NCBI RefSeq assembly: GCF_006345805.1
Contig: NC_043025.1
Location: 14,198,001 to 14,262,000, forward strand
Direction of reading: 5' to 3'
DNA: 64,000 nt
From: Octopus sinensis
Taxonomy: Eukaryota
The position numbers were made by a program, and so were the translations under genes. The notes beneath the pieces are model-generated. The model did no database searches, was not told where the DNA came from, and was given only the letters and a program-made list of their open reading frames with translations. The first letter of the stretch is position 1. The number at the start of each line of letters is the position of its first letter. This document shows positions 11,972 to 23,959 of this stretch, one piece after another.

Positions 11972-12199
11972 CTACAAAGACAAATATTAGAAAGGTTAGG
12001 GGTGGACATATGGGGGGACACTGCAAGGGAAGGAGGGCGGAAGAAATCACAAGGTACTTGGGCGAACCAGTTGAAGAAGACAGGGCTCGTAACAATGGGG
12101 TAACACCATGCAATGGTTAACAAGGGAGAGGTAATAAAGGGGGACAGTATTGACAGTATTGGAGAAGGGCTACATTGGGTTAACATCTGAAGATGGGTA

Positions 12200-12388
12200 A
12201 CAGCTGAGGAGGGTCAACGACCGGGGAGGGTTAATGGCTGGGGAGGGTTAATGGCTGGGGAGGGTCAACGGCTGAGAGGGTTAACGACTGGGGAGGGTCA
12301 ACAGCTGGGGGAGGGTCAACGACTGGGGAGGGGTAACGGTTGGGGAGGGGTAACGGTTGGGGAGGGGAAACGGCTGGGGAGGGGAAAA
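12200..12388. repeat. ~17-bp G-rich minisatellite (GACTGGGGAGGGTCAAC-like)
   Basis: About ten tandem variants visible. Confidence 0.85.
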
Positions 12389-13164
12389 ATCTGGGGTAAA
12401 AACTGGAGAGAAGCAATATTAAGATAAGTAGAGTGTGTGTGTGTGGGGGGGGACGGGTTGATTTATATTGCTGAAAGAGCTGGGAATGGGAAAATATTGG
12501 GGAAACAAATGGAGGCAAAATTCTGGCAAGGTCGACTTTACCCTTCATCCTTTCAGAAATTGATGAAATACAATTCAAGTACTGGGGTTGATGTAACAGA
12601 CGAGTCCCTTCCCACAGAATCCCAGGCCTTGTGCCCAGAGTAGAAAGGAACGTTATTATCTTTAGAAGAGGTGAGACACTCACTGACAGTCTTCCTCAAA
12701 AACTGTGCTAAAATTAATAATAATAATTATTATTATTATTGAGTGAGAGAGCAGTGCATGCCATCAAAGTGACACTGGGGTACAAATATACGAAGCCCAA
12801 TATACCCATCATGACTACCCGTCTGATAAGGGTACACCAGGCACATGCATCACAGCGATATGTGCGCGACATGGTGATCTCATATCAAGATAAACAGCAC
12901 ATGACCTTGCAGGTGGGGCCCAGTTAGAATTTTCTTCTGGTCGAGTAACCCATCCCGCTCAAAAGGTCCCTGAATAAGGATTGTTTAAGGATGTTGAAAG
13001 AACCACCCATGTTTCCAGAGGTGAGCTATTCAAACCCCAAATAATTCTTTTCAACACATGGCTATGATGCTCCCCCACTACTTCTGCTCATGATCAGAGA
13101 TGCACATATCGTCAGCCACTAAGGGACATGCTCAACTGGTTATGGTCAAACAACTGACAAGCAA

Positions 13165-13199
<35 letters not shown>

Positions 13200-13687
13200 G
13201 GTGGTGAGCTGGCAGAGTTGTTAGCACACTGGACGAAATGTTTAGCAGTATTTCACCTGTCGCTACGTTCTGAGTTCATATTCTGCCGAGGTTGATTTTA
13301 CCTTTTATCCTATTGGGACCAGTAAAATAAGCACCAATGAAACGCTGGGGTCGATATAATCGACTAGCCCCTTCCCCCAAAATTTCAGGCCTTGTGCCTG
13401 TAGTAAAAGGATCATTATTATTATTATTATTATCATTATTATTATTATTAAACAGATATGATTAATTAGGGTTTCAAATTTTGCCACGAGGCCAGCAAGC
13501 TTGGGGGAAAGGGGGGGTGTCGGTAACTTCAACCCCAGCGCTTAACTGGTACTTATTTTATTGATCCTAAAAGGGTGAAGGGCAAAGCTGACCTCGGCGG
13601 AATTTGAACTCAGAATGTCAAGATGGATGAAATACCACTAAGCATATTGACCGGCGTGCTAATGATTCTGCCAGCTTCCTGCCCTAA

Positions 13688-13740
<53 letters not shown>

Positions 13741-13753
13741 ATAATAATAATAC

Positions 13754-14292
13754 AGGCAGTGGCTCTCGTGGCTTCTGATCTTAACTGATTGGAAGTGTTA
13801 TCATGTACATTGTTTTGTCTTGGTATAAAAGATGGCCTACAGCAAATATTCTGCTCAATACCACAGATTTGCTTGTCAGTTGTTTGACCTTTACCAGTTG
13901 AGCATGTCCCTTAGTGGCTGACGATATGTGCATCTCTGATCACGAGCAGAAGTAGTGGGGAGCATCATAGCCATGTGTTGAGAGGGATTCTTTGGGGTTT
14001 GGATAATTCACCTTTGGAAACATGGGTGTTTCGTTCAACATCCTTAAACAACCTTTATTCAGGGACCTTTTGAGCGGGATGGGTTACTCGACCAGAAGAA
14101 AGTTCTAACTGGGCCCCACCTGCAAGGTCATGCACTGTTTATCTTGATATGAGATCACCATGTCGCACACATATGGTTGTGATGCATGTGTCTGGTGTAC
14201 CCTTATCAGACGGGTAGTCATGATGGGTATACTGGGCTTTGTATATTTTACCCCAGTGTCACTTTGATGGCATGCACTGCTCTCTCACTCAA
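13754..14292 (+). mobile_element. ~540-bp interspersed element E with (AAT)n-type tail (representative)
   Basis: Same orientation at 2370-2824; opposite orientation at 1953-2369, 12739-13166 and 54968-55397; fragment at about 25318-25737 split by SINE B. Confidence 0.8.
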
Positions 14293-14744
14293 TAATCATC
14301 ATCATCATCATCATCATTTAGCGTCCGTTTTCCATGCTAGCATGGGTTGGACGGTTCAACTGGGGTCTGGGGAGCCCGAAGGCTGCACCAGGCCAAATAA
14401 TCCATTCAGCTAAAGGAACAAGGCCTGAAAGTTTGCGGGAGGGGACCAGTCCATTACATCAACCCCAGTGTTTCTTAATTTATCGACCTTAAAAGGATGA
14501 AAGTGAAAGTTGACCTTGGCAGAATTTGAACTCAGAATGTAAAGACAGACAGACAAAATGTCACAAAGCAGTTTTGCCTGGTATGCTAACAAGTCTGCCA
14601 GCTTGCCGCCCTAACAATAACAACAACAATAATAATAATAATAACAATCCTTTCTAATGGAAGCAACAAGGCCTAAAATTTGTGGGGCGGAGACAAATTG
14701 ATCACTTAGACCCCAGTGCGTAACTGGTACTTAATTTAATAAGA

Positions 14745-14985
14745 CGGCGAGCTGGCAGAATCGTTAGCACGCCGGACGAAATGCTTAGCGGTATTTCGTC
14801 TGTCTTGACGTTCTGAGTTCAAATTCCGCCGGGGTCGACTCTGCCTTTCATCCTTTCGGGGTCGATAAATTAAGTACCAGTTACGCACTGGGGTCGATGT
14901 AATCGACTTAATCCCATTGTCTGTCCTAGTTTGTCCCCTCTGTGTTTAACCACTTGTGGGTAGTAAAGAAATAGGTACTTAATTT
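14745..14985 (+). mobile_element. tRNA-derived SINE family B (representative)
   Basis: GGCGAGCTGGCAGAATCG..GAGTTCAAATTCC head, then GTCGAC..GCCTTTCATCCTTTCGGGGTCGATAAATTAAGTACC. Copies at about 13199-13420, 24050-24250, 39745-39970, 49141-49367, 56010-56205 (+) and 13480-13685, 25375-25585, 37395-37625, 38540-38765, 45810-46042 (-). Confidence 0.85.
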
Positions 14986-15952
14986 ATTGACCCCGAAAAG
15001 ATGAAAGGCAAAGTTGACCCCAGCAGAGCTGACTTGCCTTTCATCCTTTCGGGATAATAATAATAATAATAATATAATAATAATAATAATGATGATAAAA
15101 ACAACAACAACAACAATAACAGGTTACATCCAACAAGAACATTTGTTTTTAATAAGAAAGACCTTCATTAGGGATCCTAATATTAATTAAGTCGTTAGTA
15201 AATAAATTTGGCAACAATAATAAATCAACTGAAACAATTGAAATGGAAGAAATAAGACCCTCCCCACCAAAGAACATTCTGGAAGTCAATTCTGTTAGAA
15301 CATAAGTAACCTTGTACTAGGGTCCACTCCACATTGTCCAGGGTCGAGGACCGAGCCCAAATTCACTCCATCGTGTTCTGACCCCACATAGATGCACCAT
15401 CAGAAAGGAGACAACGGGACCTTAATGGTGGAGACAGCTTGCACAAACACTGCAGAGGGGGCAACATGGATATTCCTGAACCTTTGGTTAGGGTTAGGGT
15501 CAGAGTTAGGGTTCTAAAGCCTTTCTGAATGAATGGCTTTCCCACCGCAGTTCTACATACACAATGACACAATGCCTGAAAAAGGTACAGGATGGTCACA
15601 GCTGGAGCATCAGTGATCTCAGGCCAACTCAATGAAGACTGACCCGGGGCTAAACAACAATAAATTTCCCCCCCACGTTAGACCCTTCTCCATCATCAAA
15701 GACAACAACAGTTTGTTAGTGGAAACAACTATTCCGATGGAGATGTTGTGGGTTACAGACGGTCTACAAGCTACAGTTAGTTGGCATTGGGGGTCACGAA
15801 ACAAGTATTAATGTACATGGAAAAAGGGGGTTAACTTTAGGGACTGGAAAAGGTCTAACCTGGGGTTTTCCCGACACCTGTTTTGGAAAAATAAATGTAA
15901 GTCTTTAGATTATAATTTATCCTAGCTAATTTACAGTGTATTATACATATAT

Positions 15953-16007
<55 letters not shown>

Positions 16008-16282
16008 AATGTGTAGTAGCTAACTCTGAAATCGGTCTGATATGGTAATAATGGAACATTTTTTTCGAAAAAAATTTTATCCTCACATTAGATATAAATT
16101 TAAGCGTTCACTTCCGAACTATCTCACTCTGTGAGAGCCTCAGTTCAAATTGCACGTGCCTCGAATGGGCTGGAGTATTTCTATTTTGGATGTATTTGGG
16201 GTACTTAGTTGTGCTCATGACTTAGTATTTGCTTCTTCCATGGGTATGAGTAAGTATCTCATTTATTTCTTTTTGCCACATG

Positions 16283-16340
16283 TATCACTGATGAAGAGAG
16301 GGCTCTTAGTAGCTAACTCTGAAATCGGTCCGATATGGCA
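16283..16340 (+). ncRNA. Type I hammerhead ribozyme motif, second family
   Basis: TATCA-CTGATGA-AGAG..CTCT-GAAA-TCG(GTC)CGA-TA-TGGCA; AUA triplet, closed helix III; 3' half duplicated 293 bp upstream. Confidence 0.6.
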
Positions 16341-16752
16341 ATAATGGAATTTTTTAGAAATTTCTGTCAACCTTTTTTCGAGTAGTGTGCGTATTGTGAA
16401 AAAATTATATGGTTAATGGACAATATGTCCAATTTTTCGGCAAATTTGGCATTAGAAATTTTTTTCCCTTGCCCTCATTTATGAATTATATATACATATA
16501 TATAAATTACAAAAAAAAAATACCATTTAGAAATACCATTTATACCATTTACAAAAATTACATATTATAGAAAGATTAAATATAAGATAAAACATATAAC
16601 AATGATATATAACAAAGTGCAGAAATAATAAATAAAACGTATATATTTGGTTTTTAATCTAACTATATTTATAATTAAATTTATATTTAATTTTTCTAAA
16701 TGGTATAATTTAATTTTTCATTATTGAATTGATAAAAAGTGGGTTTTTTTTT

Positions 16753-16789
<37 letters not shown>

Positions 16790-16853
16790 TTTGTGAAATT
16801 TCATTTAGTATTTCTAAATTGAATTTTTCCCTGGAAGTTTGGAATAATATTCC

Positions 16854-16907
<54 letters not shown>

Positions 16908-18859
16908 TATATATGTAAGCAAACTTAAGGTTAGTTAAAGTAAGTTTGTGACATATTTCAACTCCTAAAGGCAAATTCACTGCAGTTGCCATGGAGGAAA
17001 AAGAGCTCATCCATTTCCACATGTAAAAAGAAAGCATGGCCATGTGGTAAGAAGCTTGCTTCTGAACCACATGGTTCTGTGTTCAGTCCCACTGTGTGGC
17101 ACCTTGGGCAAGTGTCTTCAACTACAGCCTCGGGCCGACCAAAGCTTTGCAAGTGGTTTTGGTAGATGGAAACTAAGAGAAGCCCATCGTATATATATAT
17201 TTTGTGTGTGTGTGTGTGTGATTGTCCCTCACCACTGCTTGACAACCAGTGTTAGTGTGTTTATGTCCCTGTAACTTAGCAGTTCGGCAAAAGACACTGA
17301 CAGAGTAAGAACCAAGGTTAACAGAAATAAATACTGAGACCGATTCGTTCAACTAAAATTCTTCAACGCATTGCTACAGCATGGCCACAGCCCAATGACT
17401 GAAACAAGTAAAACAATGATAAACATGGTGAGATCTAATCCAGTCTGCTATCAAATCCACGTCCAGGATGACGGCATCTGCTGAGGATTATCTGGGATTA
17501 AAGGTATCAGAGTATGGCATACATACATTTTGAAATGTTTTTTTCTGGTTTTAAATCTTTCATCTCTGACGATGAAATTAATTAGCCTGGATAATTAAAA
17601 TCATAATCTTATTAGTAGTAACACATCTCAGACATTTAATTAACAGAATTAATTACAAAGCTTCAATCCATGCAGGGATTTTGCAAAGGGATTCACAGAA
17701 GGTTTAAAAAAATAAAATAAGGCTTAAGGGTCAACGACAACAACTATGCAAATATCAGAAATAACAACAACAACTATGCAAATATCAGAAATAATAAATA
17801 ATAAAGGCACAGGAGAGGCTGTGTGGTAAGTAACTTGCTTACCAACCACATGGTTCCGGGTTCAGTCCCACTGCGTGGCACCTTGGGCAAGTGTCTTCTA
17901 CTATAGCCTTAGGCCAACCAAAGCCTTGTGAGTGGATTTGGTAGACGGAAACTGAAAGAAGCCCGTCGTATATATGTATATATATGTGCGTATGTGTGCT
18001 TGTGTTTGTTCCCCCAACATCGCTTGACAACCGATGCTGGTGTGTTTATGTCCCCGTAACTTAGCGGTTCGGCAAAAGAGACCGATAGAATAAGTACTAG
18101 TCCTGGGGGTTGATTTGATTCGACTAAAGGCGGTGCTCCAGCATGGCCGCAGCCAAATGACTGAAACAAGTACAAGAATAACCAGTAACCCCCCACCACG
18201 TTTTCCCCTCTATTTCTCACAGAAGTTGACTGGGAGTTGCAATTTATTTTTAAAATAACCGTCTTCAGTTTAGTGGTTCGTGCTTATTCCTGTCTTTGGT
18301 CAAGAAGAAGCTCAGATCAAGTGAAATTGTAGTTGTGGCCGACGCCGGTGTCACGTAACTGGCACCCATGCTGGTGGCACATAAAAAAAACCATATATGA
18401 CACTCTTGGAGTGGTTGGCATTAAGAAGGGCATCCAGCCTGCCAAATGAGACAGCCTCCCAGTGTCAGTCAAATTGTCTAACCCAGTGGTTTTCAACCAG
18501 GGTTCCGCGGAACCTTAGGGTTCCGTCAGTACAGTCCAAGGGTTCCACAAGAAGTTACAAAACTGCTAAAATCGTCAGTAATTTTTAATTCTCCTGTGCA
18601 GATATGTGTGCATAAGACTATTAAATTATTGCACAGGGGTTCCTCGAGCCAGTGGAATGTTTCCTTGGGGTTCCACTCCAGCAAAAAGTTTGAAAAGCAC
18701 TGGTCTAACCCATGCCAGCATGGAAAGCAGATGCTAAATAATGGGGGTGATATGGTTGAGAGAATATGATTGCCAATACAAGTGACCAAAATAGGGTCTC
18801 TTTGAAGGATCTCTAGAATGAAGTTGATATGACAGGGTGCACGGCTTGGAGATCAGAGA

Positions 18860-19030
18860 GTCTCTGGGTGAAGCCGGCTACTTCCCCTGCATTGAGAGCT
18901 CATGGTTCAGGTACAACGGACACGTGATTAAAATGTCACAGGAAAGAACTGCAAAAGGGATTCTTCAAGCTGAGCGAAATCCCAAGAGATTCAGGGGTAG
19001 ACCGAGAAGGGGATGGTTGGATGATATCCA
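18860..19030 (+). mobile_element. Degenerate LINE RT C-terminal fragment
   Basis: WFRYNGHVIKMSQERTAKGIL...RFRGRPRRGWLDDI resembles LRWFGHVxRM...RGRPRKRWxD. Confidence 0.6.
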
Positions 19031-19212
19031 TTGCCTCTGTTGGTCTTGTTTGTGAATCCAGAACTGGGGTTGTCTTCCTCAGGTCCTGCTCCAGCATGGC
19101 CACAGTCTAACGACTGAAACAAAGTGCTCCTGTGCCAAAGCAACAGAGAGAGAGAGAGAGAGAGAGAGGAAGGTGGGGGGTGGGATGAGGAAAATGAGAA
19201 AGCTGTACAGAC

Positions 19213-19272
19213 CTGTAGTGCTGAGGTGGTGGCTGATATGTTTAGCGTTCCAGGTCTCTGTCCTTGCTTGTG
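19213..19272 (-). CDS. CLIP1: CLIP-170-like 60-nt exon (HKQGQRPGTLNISATTSALQ)
   Basis: ISATTSALQ matches the CLIP-170 'ISGTTALQ' segment that precedes ALKEK. gtgcag| acceptor, CAG|GTCTGT donor; phase 0-0. Confidence 0.88.
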
Positions 19273-19417
19273 CTGCACGGGAGGAGGAATTGGAAAGAGA
19301 AGAAGACATTGAGAATATACAAATATATATATATATATAGGGATTAGGGGGGGGGGAGAAAAGGGATTTAGGGAATTATTATCTGATGATGAAGGGAAAT
19401 ATATGGCAGAAGACCAG

Positions 19418-19955
19418 TGATGACATGATAGATGACTGACAGAAGACAGATGGATGATGACAAACGACAGATGGATGATGACAGATGACAAATAGATGAC
19501 AGATGGATAAGAGATGTCAGATTGATGACTGACAGAAGATAGATGGATGACGAGATGTCAGATAGATGACCGACAGAAGACAGACGACAAATGGCTGATG
19601 ACAGATGACAAATGGATAATGACAGATGACAAATGGATGATGACAGATGACAAATGGGGGATGACAGATGGATGATGACAGATGAATGACAGATGACAAA
19701 TGGAGGATGACAGATGACAAATGGAAGATGACAGACGACATATGGATGATGACAGATGACATGGAGGATGACAGATGACAAATGGATGACAGATGACAAA
19801 TGGATGATGACAGATGACAAATGGATGTCAGATGGATGACTGACAGAAGATAACAGATGACAGGTGACTGACAAAATGACAAGTGACAGACAGAGGATGA
19901 CTAACGACTGAGAAAGGATGACAAATGACTGAGAAAGGATGACAAACGACATGAG
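19418..19955. repeat. (GATGACA/GATGACAAATG)n degenerate minisatellite filling most of a 722-bp intron
   Basis: Visible periodicity; explains the spurious ORFs 19368..20180 (downstream part) and 19517..19882. Confidence 0.9.
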
Positions 19956-19994
19956 AGGAGAATCAAGAAGAGAGAAAGGTGTGTGTCTATGTAC

Positions 19995-20220
19995 CTGGCT
20001 GCTTAAAGCTGTCACCCCTAGTCTCACTCGACTCCGCGACACACTTGAGGCTGTGGAGCTGATGGAGCTGACTGACTCCTGACTGCCGCTGCGTTCCCGG
20101 GACATACGAAGGCTGGTGCTACCCAGCGTCCTTGGGCTTGGGGTGGACACGCCACCCACCAAGCGGGTCACCTTGTGCACCGGAGCAAACAGCCCATACT
20201 GGGGCTTGCACTCAAAATAT
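19995..20220 (-). CDS. CLIP1: CLIP-170-like exon: end of CAP-Gly 2 plus Ser-rich region
   Basis: (R)YFECKPQYGLFAPVHKVTRL...SQESVSSISSTASSVSRSRVRLGVTALSSQ completes the split CAP-Gly domain. tttcag| acceptor, CAG|GTACAT donor; 226 nt, phase 2 to 0. Confidence 0.95.
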
Positions 20221-20797
20221 CTGAAAGAAAGAAAAAAGATATAAAAATCACTGAATGATGCAGGGTGGGAGGGGATTGTAATAAGGGTGGGTGGGTAGAC
20301 TGGGTAGAAGTGGCATGGGGGTGGGTGAGACAGGTGGTAGTGAGAGGGTGGTGGGGAGAAAAGGGTAACTCAGAAGAGATGGGTTAGGGTGGAAGGGTGG
20401 GTAGACTTGAGAGAACAGGGTGGGTAGGGTGAACAGATTGGCAATGGTGACAGCATTGTGTGGGTGTGTTAGGGGTGGATAACCTGGTGGTGGTGGCAGC
20501 ATGGGGTAGGTGGGTGGCCTGCATAGAAGTGGCATGGGGTAGGGAGAAGACAGAAGGATGGCTTTGATAAAAAAGGTGGGTATCATGGCTATCAATGATC
20601 AGACTGTAGGTTTGATGGAATAGGCAATGATACCTGGGTAGCTGGGCATACTGGTTGGTAGAGAGAGAGGTTAGACAGAAACTCTAGAAGTGACACCTAG
20701 TGGCTAGACAGAATAGTAATGACCAAGCAGGGCAGATGAATGATACTGAGAAAAGGGTAGGTGAAAGGGGTGGGAGAAAGAAAATGTAGCTAGGCTT

Positions 20798-21298
20798 TTT
20801 TTAACCCCAGGTCATAGATACACTATGTCTTTTAGTCAGACATAGTCTATCTAGGACTACATTATCTAATGTGCCTTTCCTTACTGTTGTTGTTTAGCCG
20901 CAGGTCAGTCCTGATCCAGCAGACCAATGATCAAAGATGTTCCAGCTGTGACCATCCTGTCTTTTATTCAGGCATAGTGTATCTAGGACTACATTATCTA
21001 ATGTGCCTTTCTTTGTTGTTGTTGTTGTTGTTTAGCCCCAGGTCAGTCCTGATCCAGCAGACCTATGATCAAAGATATTCCAGCCTTGACCATCCTGTCT
21101 TTTATTCAGACACAGTGTATCTAGGACTACATTATCTAATGTGCCTTTCCTTACTGTTGCTGTTTAGCCCCAGGTCAGTCCTGATCCAGCAGATCTATGA
21201 TGAAAGATGTTCCAGCTGTGACCATCCTGTCTTTTATTCAGGCATAGTGTATCTAGGACTACATTATCTGATGTATCCTTCCTGTCCTGATCCAGCAG
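20798..21298 (-). repeat. Inverted array of the same ~126-bp unit (about 4 copies)
   Basis: Reverse-complement units (GACCATCCTGTCTTTTATTCAGGCATAGTGTATCTAGGACTACATTATCTAATGTG). Confidence 0.95.
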
Positions 21299-21586
21299 GC
21301 CAAAGCAATGAAGGGTACAAATACAAACCTTAGGCAAGTGTCTTCTATAGCTCCACCTACAAAATCTATAGGCAATGCTTTAGTTGGAGCTATAGGAGAG
21401 GAGACACTTGCCTAAGGTGTCACACAGTGGAACAGAACCTGCAAGCTCCTTACCATACAGCCATGGCTGCACCTTGAACCCAGAACCATGCAGTTGGGAA
21501 GCAAGCTCCTTACCACACAGCCACACCTGCACTTGTTTGTATTTTTCTACATATAATAAATAAATATATATATATATATATATATA

Positions 21587-21874
21587 TCTTTATATATAAA
21601 AGTGAAATTGTGTGTCTGTCTCTCACGATTTAGATTCCTAACTACTCCTACATTTTGCGGTGCAGTTTAACCAAAACCGGGTATCTTATAGTCGTGATTC
21701 ATATCGAGCCCTTCTGGGTATTAGCGCGCGTCTACGATTTAAAAAAAAATTTACCATAATTTTTTTCCATTTTTAATGCATTTTTTTGCTATTATATAAG
21801 GGAAGTAACTCTCTAAAAATGCTTATATAGTTATTTCCCTTACAAACCCGAGCAACGCCGGGCGATACTGCTAG
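21587..21874 (+). mobile_element. Non-autonomous Helitron
   Basis: A|TC 5' end (TCTTTATATATAAAAG), subterminal CCCG..CGGG hairpin, CTAG|T 3' end, no TSD. Confidence 0.8.
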
Positions 21875-23348
21875 TATATATATATAACGGGAAGCTTTAT
21901 GAAAATAAACAAAAGACGAAGGCAGGTATATATATATATAGATATATAGTTTTTTTTCCTTCTCTTTTCTTAGAAGCATGTTCTTCATAACTTATGTGTA
22001 ATATTTCAGAAACCTACTCAAATGGCAAACATTTCAAAGGAAAAACCAGATTGGGTTACCAGCTGCTAATGATCGGAAACGTTATAAGTGGAAATACTAG
22101 AATTATGAGTTTTTCGCTTTTTGCATCTATTAAAAAAATACTCTGTACTCGTTTATTTAATATTGTAATTCATCGCTTTTAGTGAATCAACAGAGAACCA
22201 TCCTTTCCTTCATTCTTTTTCTTGTTTCAGTCATTTGACTGCGGCCATGCTGGAGCACTGCCTTATGATCGGAGAAATTGACCCTGGGACTTATTCTCTG
22301 TAAGCCTGGTATGGATTCTATTGGTCTCTTTTGAAGAATAAAGTTGTCAAGTGAGGGTGGGTGGGACAAACACAAACACATACATCATCATCATCATCAT
22401 CATCGTTTAACGTCCGTTCTCCATGCTAGCATGGGTTGGACGGTTCAACTGGGGCCTGGGAAGCCAGGAGGCTGCACCAGGCTCCAGTCTGATCTGGCAG
22501 TGTTTCTACAGCTGGATGCCCTTCCTAACGCCAACCACTCCACAAGTGTAGTGGGTGCTTTTTACATGCCAGGGGAGGCCTGCATGGTGTGTGTGTGTAT
22601 ATATACACCTGATGGGCTTCTTCCAGGGTGGCTGGCAGGTGTGTGTTTATATATATATATATACACATACACCTGATGGGCTTCTTTCAGTTTCCATCTA
22701 CCAGATCCACTCACAAGGCTTTGGTCGGCCCAAGGCTATAGTAGAAGACACTTACCCAAGGTGCCACGCAGTGGGACTGAACCCGGAACCATGTGGTTGG
22801 TAAGCAAGCTTCTTCCCACACTGTCATGCCTGCCTACACACACACATAGTCTTAACAACAAAAAGAAAAATTAAAAGCGCTCAAGATATCATTCTCCCGT
22901 GTATTAATAGACGGGTATAAAAAGGGTCTTTGAGCTTTCCTAAGGTAACGAAACGAAACACCACATGCAACCTCGCCTCCTTCCCTTTCTATTCTTCGTC
23001 TTGTCTAGCGCTGAGAGCCAATTTCAGTCTCTGAGAGACAGACACATTGACTCCAAGCGCCAGACAAAACAGATTAAAACATAGAGAAGGATTTCATTTC
23101 ATTTCTTCTGCAAAATTCAAAGAACTTTTACACCTGTTTTCGTCTATAGATATGTATATATATAAAGAACTGATACCGTTGCTATTTGAAACTAATTCTT
23201 TGTTTTATTGTTATTATCATTATTATTACTACTACTACCATTACTGCTATTATTATTACTATTATTATCATCATTATTTTTATTACTATTTCTGTTGCCA
23301 TTTTTGTTATTATTATCATCATTGTTATTATTATTATTATTATTATTA

Positions 23349-23959
23349 CTAGCAGTATCGCCCGGCGTTGCTCAGGTTTGTTTCGACACTTTAGAATTGG
23401 AATTTTTGAAGAGTAAAAATTTTGCATTATGTAGCTTGTTATTCTCTTTAACCCTTTCGGTACTGTATTTCTGTTGAGATGCTCTGTGTTTCTTTCAATT
23501 AATTTTAAATATAACAAAGAATTTAGTAAAATAACTTAGTTATCATTCAGCTAGTGTTAGGAACATAAATTGTGACTAAGGTTTGGTGGAAGATTTTAAT
23601 TCAGAACTTATGAAAACAAGACATTTGTACTACAGAGCCAGAGCCGGTTTAGTAACGAAAGGGTTAAAGTGAACATTTTTCTGGTTGAAATACACCGAGA
23701 AATGGTGACACAGCAGTCAAAAAATCGTTAAAAATATAGGGATTTTCATAGGAAAAAAGCACCTTTTTCATGTAAATAATTTATGGTGTTAACATTATCT
23801 GATTTGAATTTTTTCTTCTATGGAAGGAAGAGCAAGCCTTCTTCTATCATACTCTCAATTTTGGTCAACTTGCGCCACAGGGTCTTGGAGCAGATAGTGT
23901 TAGTTGAAGGCTACCAAACCTGCCATACACAGACAACTTCAGCTTTATATAGAGAGAGA
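23349..23959 (-). mobile_element. Non-autonomous Helitron interrupted by a piggyBac-type MITE
   Basis: Same 3' end (GCAACGCCGGGCGATACTGCTAG|T) and a similar A|TC..TATATAAAG 5' end on the minus strand. An isolated 3'-end remnant also lies at about 7698-7716. Confidence 0.75.
23452..23663. mobile_element. piggyBac-type MITE (212 bp)
   Basis: TTAA at 23448-51 and 23664-67; 13-bp TIRs CCCTTTCGGTACT / CCCTTTCGTTACT. Confidence 0.85.

Noticed and set aside
12677-12712. GTGAGT donor with nearby acceptors between exons 19213 and 11971
   Set aside because: The 24-nt option has an in-frame TGA and the 19-nt option shifts frame; the flanking exons already join in phase.
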